Source: Eutreptiella sp. 'Long Island Sound 2002'
Taxonomy: Eukaryota > Protista > Euglenida
Length of the DNA: 64,000 bases
Reading direction: 5' to 3'
Assembly: GCA_964036045.1 (NCBI GenBank)
Contig: OZ038379.1
Coordinates: 9,796,001 to 9,860,000 of the forward strand
The notes below the pieces were generated by a model. That model was not told where the DNA came from. It searched no databases and saw only the letters and a list, made by a program, of their open reading frames with translations. Each line of letters starts with the position of its first letter. Position 1 is the first letter of the stretch. Positions 12,311 to 21,500 of this stretch are shown one piece after another. The position numbers were made by a program, and so were the translations under genes.

Positions 12311-14056
12311 GTCCAGTATGATCCCTGGCCACTGCGGAGCATCACCGATTACGAGGTGGCCGAGCCCGAGGTGTCGGAGTTGGTGGCGCCAAAGGCTGCC
12401 GCGGGACAAGTGATCTCCGGTCGGGAGTACGTGGACCCCATTCCTGTGGGTCGGGGGGATGTTGCCAGTGCGCCCTCCGACCTGGCGTGCACCACTGGCA
12501 AGGACACGGGATACTATTCCCGTTTGAATGTCCGTGCCAGTGGTGCACTTTACGACATTCGCCTGCCCATTAGGGTTGTGGCGAATGTCGCAAAGGGGGG
12601 GGGGGTTGTGGAGGCCATTTGGGGGGCTGCGGTGTGGAGCAAGAGCTCCGGGAAGGTGCGGGTTTTTTTTAGCACCACGGGGGAAAAATGGAGCATTTCG
12701 GACTCCATTATGGTGCTCCAAAGTTTTGGGGGGGAGCCTGTCCCCGGGGAGCACTCCCTCGCCCTCCAGGCCGAGTTGGCCTCGAGGGCGGGGAAACAGC
12801 TTGGGGGGAGGGGGCTGAAGCGGGCTCATGATGAGCCCGCTGAGCCAAGGGCCACCCCTGCACCCACCCCCACCCGGAAGGCCCCCAAGCCTTCCGGGTC
12901 TGCTGCTGCTGCTGTTGCTGTTGTCTCGGGGGGGCTTGAGGGGTTTGGGGGGGTGGGGGGGATTGAAGCAGCTGCCCGCCGTGGCACATGCGAGGCCCTG
13001 GGGGACCTCGATGTGCCCAGCACCGCTGACATTGTCAGCGGTGTTGTGGCGGGCTTGGGGAAGTCCCGGCTGAACATCTCCCGAGAGATCGGGGAGTTCA
13101 GCCGGACTTCCCTGACCTCCTTGAAGGAGGCCAATGCCTCCCTCAAGGAGGAGCTGAAGGTTGCCCATGCTGAGGGTGACGCCAAGGACAAGAGGATTGC
13201 GGACCTGGAGACCAAGTTGGCCGATGCCACCACAAGTGCCCATGACTGGCACCTCAAGGCCAAGGAGTTGGAGACGCAACTCCAAGCGGCCAAGGCCAAC
13301 GAGGAGTGGGCGAGGTCCATTGTGGCCCATAGTGTCACACGGAGTGCACCCCCACCCCAAGGGTCTGGGAGTCAGGGCAGTGGGAGTCAGGGCAGTCGGG
13401 CCGCCTCCCCAGCACGTGGCCTCCCCCCAAAGCCGCAATGACTACCCCCATCCAACCCCGCCCTTGCAGCTTTATGCCGAGAGTTGGTGTACCGCAAGGT
13501 GCACATCTTGGGTGTACAAGTGCACACTGTGCAGTTTGGGGCTACAGGGACACGCAGGCAGGGGAAGGATTGGCGCCGTGCGCGCTTGTGCAGCGGCAAT
13601 GAAAGGCAAAGGGAGCTAATTTGCCTTTCAAACGCACATGCGCATGCGAATTTTCCAAGGTGGTTCCATTGGACCACCATTCAAGTGGTACAATGCGATA
13701 CTTCACAAAGAATGCTGGGCCATCGCCATATGAGGGATCCTTCTCCGCTTTCTGCCATATGTGTTGTCGGGGCGCATAGTGGTGGGGAGGTCTGTGTTGA
13801 AACAGGTGGAGTGCTCCATAGTCCCATGCAAGGGACCCCGATGCGGTTGGATGTACATGGAGGTGGTGTTGTGGATGCGAAGGCCTACAAGGGCTGGCCG
13901 GGTGTGGTTTTCAACTCCAAAGCCCACCACGGGCCTGCCCCATGGAGGGGGGAGCGCTATGCCATTGTTTTCTACAATGGGTGCAACACAGATTACCTCC
14001 CGGATGAGTCTGTTGATGAGTTATTGGCCTATGGCTTTCGTCCTTGGGGCCACTAG
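12311..14056 (+). pseudogene. Cargo gene exon 2: second half of dioxygenase 1, low-complexity linker, coiled coil, then a TET/JBP-like 2OG-Fe(II) dioxygenase; one in-frame TGA at 13439-13441
   Basis: ORFs 12356..13441 and 13484..14056 are in the same frame and the gap is open apart from the TGA. Motifs GDVASAPSDLAC...YSRLNV; heptad-rich LKEANASLKEELK...IADLETKL; TTIQV...GHRHMRD...SAICVVG.HSGGEV...VVFNSKAHHG...GERYAIVFY. Confidence 0.75.
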
Positions 14057-14062
14057 TGAGCA

Positions 14063-14149
14063 CCGTATACTACCAGTATACGGCCGTATACCTCCGAGTA
14101 TACGGCCGTATACCTGGAAGTATACGGCCGTATACTCGAAGTATACGGC
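14063..14149. repeat. Palindrome array 3: 3 full GTATACGGCCGTATAC plus 2 half copies
   Basis: Full copies at 14076, 14098, 14120; spacers 5-6 nt; begins 7 nt after the cargo stop codon. Confidence 0.97.
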
Positions 14150-14272
14150 GAAAGATTTGTGCTGAATCGTACATGCTGTGCGCCTGTTGCATGCGCCTGT
14201 GCGCACGGTTTCACTGGGCAACTGGCCCACATATGCCTGGCACATCTCTCCACAGCAATTATTGTAAGCAAT

Positions 14273-14371
14273 ATGTTTGCAAATGCCCATCAGAAGGAGA
14301 AGGGGCTTTGTTTGGAGAGCATTCAAGATTTTTGTGAAGGAATCAAACGCCGGCATTTGACCCCCTATGCA
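14273..14371 (+). CDS. Transposase exon 1 (predicted)
   Basis: ATG at 14273 after CTCTCCACAG (14255); phase-0 GTATGT donor at 14372; acceptor TTTTTTTTACAATAG ending at 14456 restores the frame of ORF 14490..16082. Confidence 0.6.
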
Positions 14372-14456
14372 GTATGTGCTCTGCATCCACAAACGTCAAC
14401 GCCAGTACCCTATTTTGTTTCACATGTTATGGCCTCCCCTGTTTTTTTTACAATAG

Positions 14457-16082
14457 GATTGCGGGGAAAGAGGGCAACGGCAAAGACGTTTGTGGATGCA
14501 ATCGGTAGTTTCAGCATTGCTTGGTGACGATGTACTTTTGCGACCCCATGCCCAAGGCCTCATGATTATTTTAAAAGATGGTGAGGTGGATGTGGCCGAC
14601 AAGGAGGCAATTAACCTACTCCGATGGATGCGGCGGCACCACCTTTCCATCCGGGCATTGAAGGGTTGCATGAGGACCACATGCACTTGGGACCATGTGA
14701 TGGCAATGCGTAAGACCCTCACACCTTACCTGTCCAAGGGGAGGGTTCTGGAGGTGGCCACTAAAGGGGGTACCCGGACATGTGGGGTGGTGGAATTGCA
14801 TGATATTGTCACCACCATGGTTGCATGTGCCCATGCCGAAGACAGCATTCGGAAGTATGCGGAGAATTCATATTTGGCTGTTGTAATCTGTTCTGATGCC
14901 ACTGTTTTTCATAATGCCAGTGCCACACGTTGTGACGTGTTTGTGGACCTATGGGAGGATAGGGGGGCACACCATGATGGTCAGGCATGGGCCTCATGGT
15001 GGGTTTTTGATGGGGGGGACGATATGGCCCATCTGCAAAGGATGGATGCCGTGGGGAAATTGAATGACCAAGTCAAAAAACTTGAAGCCGAGGGCGGCAT
15101 AGAAATTGGGGGTACTCCCAAAAAATTATTGTGTTTTAAAAGTGGGGATGGGAAAGTCATGATGTCGGGTTCGTGTGGGAAATGTTGGAATTGCAATCTC
15201 AAGTATGACCAATTTCAAGCCCATTTGTTTGCAATTGCAGATTTTCCAGTGCTTCCTCGCATTGGGTCCCTTATGTCTTGCATCCCTCCTGTCCGCAATG
15301 TTGGAGATGTGGCACATTGTTGTGCAAGGGTGGGGACAGGCATTGGGAAACGTCTCAAGGACAGCGCCCGCACATGGGGTTCACCAGGAGCTCTAAGGGC
15401 CGTGTCCCATTTCATTTCTAACCTCCGGCAAGAAGCAAAGCACATCCCTGTGGCTGAGAGAGTGATGCGTGCTCCCTCGAAAGAGAAGGAACACACTCTC
15501 GACATTAACGCCTCCCGTCTTTTTTTCGAAACACCTGAGTTGCACGCCGAGTTGGTGCGCATTGTTGCAATGTATTGTACCCATGTTGTGAAGTGGGAAG
15601 GCAACAGGTGGCTCAAAACTAGTGCCGTCCTGCACCTCATGTTGCAGGCCTGTTACTATATGCAAAAGATTTGGCGCCATGTGGGTCCTGTTCCCATGGA
15701 TCAACGCCAACGTTATGCATCCATGGTTACACAATTCACCAAGGCATGGGGGGCATTGGGGTGGAGTGTTCCGGTTTGGGTGCATTGGGTGGTGTGCCAC
15801 AGTGGGGCACACCTCCAAAGGTGGGGGAATTTTATTAAGTTTTCCTCCATTCCCACGGAATGGAGGAACAAAAGTTTTAAAATGGACATCCGCCATTGTT
15901 TTCAAGGGTGGAAGCTGAGCAAGCCTTATGTCACCCGATGGGGACTAAGGCATGCTCTGCACCTGGATGCCCTTGATTGGGGCATCCGGTTGTGGTTTGG
16001 GGAAAAGGGTTTGGGTAGAGAGGGGATCAAGTTTGGCATGCAACGCATGCGGAAGAAGCATCGTGCACCAAAGCACATGTAG
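14457..16082 (+). CDS. DDE transposase, RAG1/Transib/Chapaev-like fold (exon 2)
   Basis: Ordered motifs VICSD (D 14895), SGDGK (D 15147), CWNC, GDVAH, HWVVCH (Hx4H), SSIPTEWRNK (E 15858). The order parallels RAG1 SCDG / GYDEK / CxxC / DALH / HKTLAH / SEGNESGNK. Confidence 0.8.
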   Translation, partial: DCGERGQRQRRLWMQSVVSALLGDDVLLRPHAQGLMIILKDGEVDVADKEAINLLRWMRRHHLSIRALKGCMRTTCTWDHVMAMRKTLTPYLSKGRVLEVATKGGTRTCGVVELHDIVTTMVACAHAEDSIRKYAENSYLAVVICSDATVFHNASATRCDVFVDLWEDRGAHHDGQAWASWWVFDGGDDMAHLQRMDAVGKLNDQVKKLEAEGGIEIGGTPKKLLCFKSGDGKVMMSGSCGKCWNCNLKYDQFQAHLFAIADFPVLPRIGSLMSCIPPVRNVGDVAHCCARVGTGIGKRLKDSARTWGSPGALRAVSHFISNLRQEAKHIPVAERVMRAPSKEKEHTLDINASRLFFETPELHAELVRIVAMYCTHVVKWEGNRWLKTSAVLHLMLQACYYMQKIWRHVGPVPMDQRQRYASMVTQFTKAWGALGWSVPVWVHWVVCHSGAHLQRWGNFIKFSSIPTEWRNKSFKMDIRHCFQGWKLSKPYVTRWGLRHALHLDALDWGIRLWFGEKGLGREGIKFGMQRMRKKHRAPKHM

Positions 16083-16327
16083 GTATATATCATGTGATGT
16101 GCAATATGCGTAAGTGTGTATATTAGGTATATATAACCTGGGGAAGTGGATCACATTTGACATTTCGGATGGGACATCAAACAAGGTTGCTTCTTGTGGT
16201 CTTCTGCTTTGCTCATATGGTGCTCTTTTGTGTGTACAATGTGTTTGGGGGTTGCAGGGTCATGAGTAAATGCAAGGGGGAGGGGTAGGTGATGAGAATG
16301 GTGGCATGGGTGGAAGGTAGAAAGTCC

Positions 16328-16371
16328 CCGTATACTCCAAGTATACGGCCGTATACTCCGAAGTATACGGC
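16328..16371. repeat. Palindrome array 4: 1 full copy plus 2 half copies
   Basis: CCGTATAC-TCCAA-GTATACGGCCGTATAC-TCCGAA-GTATACGGC. Confidence 0.95.
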
Positions 16372-16572
16372 AAGAATACTTCTCCAATACTTCGAGTATA
16401 CTGACAAATACCTCAAAATGTGTAGATTGCCACACACAGGTGTGGGTGTATGGAATTGGCTTTCCGGTTTTTTGACCCCCCCCCCTATTTTCAGGGTGCT
16501 AAACTCATTTTTTTATATCCCATGGGCACACGGAACGACTAGGTACATGTGCCAAAATGGCTTTTTTGGGGG

Positions 16573-16603
16573 GGTATTCTTGGTATGCCAGGTTATGCTC
16601 ACC
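16573..16603 (-). repeat. Right TIR
   Basis: GGTATTCTTGGTATGCCAGGTTATGCTCACC, the reverse complement of the left TIR (1 mismatch). Confidence 0.92.
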
Positions 16604-16605
16604 AT

Positions 16606-17796
16606 AAAATTGATTCACATATAAAGAAATTGGGATCTCCTAAAAGATACCAGTTGGCTTTCGCCGTTTTGTTCGCCATGGCTTTGCGTGATGGGCTAAC
16701 AATTGATAGCCCTTCTGATTCATTTGCGGGCCTTCTTCTCGAGCTCGATTCCTATTCGTCTTCTACGGCGCGTAATGCTTATTCTGCTTTGTTGTTGATT
16801 CCTGGATTTCAAAGTATACGGTTTCATCCTTTACTTTCCCATGTGCGCAAGTCTTGGAACAAACACACACCGAAGTATGCTGCCTTTTGGGATCCTATCC
16901 CGGTGTTTTGGGCATTCATCAACACTTCGTACGATTTGTCTGTGATTAAGGAGGTGCGCATCAAACTCATTTTGTTGTGGCGCTTCCTCGGGCTGTTTCG
17001 GTCGTTTGATTTGTCACGGACTTTGCGCCAAGTCTCTTCGGTCGGCACCAGACGCTTTGTGGCCGTTAGACGTAACAACAAATCTTCCTATCGCTGGGAG
17101 GAGGTTTTGGTCTTAAAGGACAAGAGTTGGTGTCCTTGGGAGACACTTTTATTGTATGTTAGCCTCACGTCTTCACTCGTGGCGCCTGGGACGCCTTTGC
17201 TCATCACACTCCGTCGCCCATATACCCCGCTTGCGCCCAACACAGTAGGAAGTTTGACCGCTGCCGAGTTGAAGCGGTTTGGCATCGACACGTCCGTTTG
17301 GGGTGCGCACACCACGCGTGGCGCTTTCGTTGAATTTTTTCGCTGGTTGGGGTTGCCGAGTGAGGTTGTTGCCTCCATTGGGCAATGGGAGAATTGGAAT
17401 GCATTTGCAAAACATTATTTGCGCGTTGGCGCGTCCGGTGAAGCCAAGAAAGCACTTGACGACGTTGTACACACTACCTCACACGAGTCTTGTTGCTCTG
17501 GCGACGTGCCGCAAACTCACCAGGAGCCTGTCTTGCAGGTGATGAGGGGAGGAAGTGGCACGGAGCAAAGGCAACAAGACACGGGTGAGCCCACGCCACC
17601 CAGCCCAGTCGTGTCGTCCAGTGCCTCTAAGCGTCCAAGGGGGCGCGCTCCTGAACCTCCACGCAAGTTACCGCGCCTTGAGTCTGTTTCTTCTAGTGGT
17701 AGAGTAAGAAAAAGTCACTGCCTTGTCTTTCTTGGAGGGCTTGATCCAGGCCAAGCCCCCTTTAAAACCCTTTTGTTGATGCTAAGACTAACTTAA
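16606..17796 (+). pseudogene. Tyrosine recombinase of DIRS/Crypton type (main part; interrupted by the TIR transposon)
   Basis: Catalytic set present: R in FRSFDL (16999), CPWETLLLY, H-x-x-R in GAHTTRG (17308-17319), W in GQW, Y in AKHY (17416). The first 19 aa of track ORF 16549 come from the TIR. Confidence 0.88.
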
Positions 17797-18500
17797 GTAT
17801 TTTTGTCACTCTTTTGAAGCTTTTAGTACACTTTCTCAAAGTAACTAGGGTTATAACCCTAGCCCCCCATGAAGTTCACCCCTACCACTCAACTGAGCGG
17901 AGGTATCTTCCTTCATGGAGGATATACCGGAATAAAATAGGCATTTCATGCTTTAGGCCTTGGAGGTTAAGCCTAGTGGTCTCCCACCCCAAGACCCCTA
18001 TACTCAATTGTTACTACCACTTAATGTGGTTCTACTTTTTAACTGTTTCTGAATTCAGTTGCTTGGCCAAGTCATATTCTGTGTCTGGCCTGACACCTAT
18101 GTCCCACATTCCTAACCAGCACCATTTCACCCAAAAGAGTGCACATGAAGTGCTTGATGCTATCTTGGAGGCTAGAATCGGACCAGTTTCCATATAAAAT
18201 CTTTTGTATTATCCTTTTGTGATTGAATCTTTGTGTTTGTACCTGCTTTGTCTATCTGCAGCCCTTCTGTGTTACACTGGATTTCAAACTATTCATTTCA
18301 CTATTCATTTCGCTTCTTGGTCGCAAGTTTCCTCAGACGATTTCGCCGCTTTTCATAAAGAAGCCGCAGATCTGAATGATTGTCTTCCTTACTCGCTGCC
18401 ATTGAGATGTCGACTCACAGGAGGTCTGGAGGAGTTCATTTCGTCTACGCTGCAAACCGATATTGCAATCGGCACATCTGCACTGACAACCCCGCCGGCA

Positions 18501-21500
18501 ATGGCATATTCCCCAATGACGACACAGTGTGTCCCATTCGGGGCCTCCCTAATACCCATAGAGCAATTGCTGCATCCTGAAACGGAACCACACTCGGTCT
18601 TCTTCAGACCAGATGGAGTGCCAAAGCGCAAGCTGGTGAACCTTCTGTCGCTCCTAGACCAAAAATTAAAACACCCAGCCGCTGGCGACAGACCCTTTAC
18701 GTGTGCTGTATTGTACTGCAGAAGCCATTGCAGAGTGGTAAATGAATGGATAGGGCAGCATGAATTCACCAACCGCCTCCACATATGTGCCATATGGAAT
18801 TCCCTTCAAATGAGATCAATGGAAGACCTCAACAAACCCAGATGGATCACGGCGCAAGGCCCGTGGGAGCTGGTATTGATCCAGCAGGGACAAGCGCATA
18901 TCGGATCGCACCTTTCGATAACGTCATACCGGGAAGCTCTGGCCAACCTCTGCAAAACCAGGCACTCAATGGAGCAAAAGGCGCCGTCAAAACGAGCATC
19001 CTGCTAGTTTCCGCTGCCCTGCAACAACACACCCTACCAGTCAACGCAGTCCAAGCTCACTGCATTTTGGAACAGGTGGGACGACATGGCAATGAAGCGT
19101 AAAGAACTCCTCTCCAAAAAACGGATCACCAAAGCACATTGGCGAACCCTGGATGCCAATTACCAGCAAACGAATAGCATGTTATCTGACTGCCCAGTCC
19201 CACGTTTCGCACGTGCTGCACGACTGGCAAAAATTGACGCGTCCAGGAGTCTCCTCTCACCCTCGTGCGCTGCATATGCATTGCTAGGGAAGTTTCCCAC
19301 ATATGTGGGACAGGTAGGCGCGCGTGCAAAACTGCGCAAACGACTTTTTATGGCCAGACTCGTTGGACATTTTCAGAAGGCCAAGGCGCTCAAAGCATCA
19401 TACCACCACAACAAAGTGCGCAAACGCAGAGCAAAACCTTTTTTTGGTACGACCCCGTCACTGCCCCGATTATTGGCCATGCATGGGACCCACCAGGTGA
19501 CCATGAGACCAATGGAAGATGCGCCCCCACATAAGCTGGATTCAGTTGAACACATAATTGAAAAAATGTTGTCACCATGCTGTAATGCAGTACCGCCATA
19601 TGCAGGAACACAGAGAGTGGACTGGCTTTTGGCGGGTGCCTTTAATATCGAAACGGTTCGTAACCTGAAGCAACTTGCTTCAGAAATACTAACCTGCAAG
19701 AGATTGCATCAAAAATACTCTGTACCCCAACTCCTGACAATTCTGTTAGAGTGTAAACGTCCTATGAAGCCTGTCATGTTTCGTGCTTTGTTCCTGAAGA
19801 TCCACAAGCATTTATTGAACAAGTACAACATCTACCTCCCTGAGAGGATACCTGTACGTGTCCCAATCCCAGACAAGCATTTCCTGCTGGCTCTGAGATC
19901 CGAGTTTGCACGCATGCTGGCGCAGAGTAGGCTCCCTGCTCCCCTGACTGCATGGCTGATCGCAAGTTTATCTTGTATGCCGCAAAGGACACCAAAAGTC
20001 CACCAAGCGATACGCGGTGCACGCACACACATTGCCACGGGGGCTGTAGCGGAACAACTACAGCGTGAGGCCGGCACAACCGTCTCACTGAACGGCTTGA
20101 CACTTGGGACCCTAATCCAGAAGACACGACACGTTATACGGAAGGAGGTACGACGCATTGAGCTGCCTCTGGACGCCATATGCCAATGCACACAACTGTC
20201 ACAAAACTATCACATACCCAAGGGGCAGAACCAGCAGCACATTGTGCTCAGATCAACTGAGCAATGGGCCAGTTTCCACACCGAGCCGTCTCTGTTTACA
20301 CAAAATGCACGAAACAGCACCCTCCCTTCTGAGTTGCACCTCACAAAAGAGCTGTGTGTGTTTGAAACTTCCATCAGACCAATACTCCACACCAGACACC
20401 CGGAATCCGACAGCAAGCCAGAGCATGCCGACAATCAGTGTGCTGCCATTTCCACAGAAATCACACAGAGAGCACGTGCGTTCATCGAGTCACACGGTAT
20501 GCAGTACCCCTGTACGGCGGCAAAAAATCTGCACACGGCACATACGAAATTGAAAGCATGGAATCTTGTGGCCACCCCATGGGATAAAAAACTGCACAAA
20601 CTTGGGGGTTTCTGTACAGTGCTGTGCGAGACACATGTACAGAACGGAATCCTGTCTGCCAAGGAGTTCGATATTGTGGGTATTAGCCCATCAGACTGGC
20701 AATGCCAGGCCATGGCATTGTCCCTGATTTTACAATCCGCACACAGGCACAGAATTTTGAAATTGGGTGAAGATCTGAATGTCCTGCACGGTGCATTACA
20801 GGAGCCGCAGTACAGGACAGTGTACATTAGCAGGCACTGCATTCCAGAGACGCTGTGGGACGTCCTACCCTTCCCTGACCTCCTGACACTCACTGCACCC
20901 AAGCGCCGCTCTGCCCCGCCAACCATCTTTGCATTACCGAAATGGAAGTTGCAGGAGATGATCAACTTCTTCCTCTGGAGAAACATCATTTCTTTTGCGA
21001 ACCACCCCATAAAGCCGTTAGCTACAAAGGTTGGGCGATGTTTAACTCTGATGATTCGGGAAGTCAACAGCCTCTACCCTTACATGTCCCTGCCCTCACT
21101 TGTCGGCGTCCGCGACATGTTTCTCTCACTCCTCACCTTGAGCAAAGGGCAGCAATGCACAGTGGTCAGGGAAAGGGATATGGATAATTGTTACCGGGAA
21201 ATTCCCAAACAGAAAGCGCTCCAGGCAGTGGTGTACATAAAATCACTCATTACTGAGCAGGGCACGACAAGAGGAGAGCTGTGGTTCTCAGTGGCACGTG
21301 GAAACGACAGACACAGGGACAGACTAGGGAAGTCTGTTGACGATTTGTTTCACGTGATTTCTTTTGAACAAGTGTATGAATACGTGGTATGGGAGTTATT
21401 GCACAACACCTAGTTCTGCATAGACAACATCCTGATGAGGCAAGGTGCAAAGGGAGTCCCCATAGGGGGCTTCCTTTCAGCACAAATTATGATCCTCTAT

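Larger units (their letters stand above)
10475..16603 (+). mobile_element. 6129-bp TIR DNA transposon with a RAG1/Transib-like DDE transposase and 2OG-Fe(II) dioxygenase cargo
   Basis: 31-bp TIRs (30/31 identical), AT duplicated at 10473-10474 and 16604-16605, excision restores the YR reading frame, internal transposase and cargo ORFs. Confidence 0.9.

Noticed and set aside
12257-13438. 393-aa minus-strand ORF (also 11171..11707 and 15393..15905)
   Set aside because: Antisense shadows of GC-rich + strand coding regions; no motifs.
10680-16371. CRISPR array interpretation of the palindromic repeats
   Set aside because: Spacers are only 5-6 nt (rarely 17-19), the repeat is 16 bp, there are no cas genes, and the context is a eukaryotic transposon.
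10475-16603. Canonical Transib or ProtoRAG assignment
   Set aside because: Termini are GG...CC, not CAC...GTG; the duplication is 2 bp, not 5 bp; no RAG2-like ORF seen.
16549-16605. ATG-started N-terminus MPKWLFWGGILGMPGYAHH of the YR ORF
   Set aside because: It is the translation of the right TIR and subterminal sequence; the true upstream part lies at 10316-10474.
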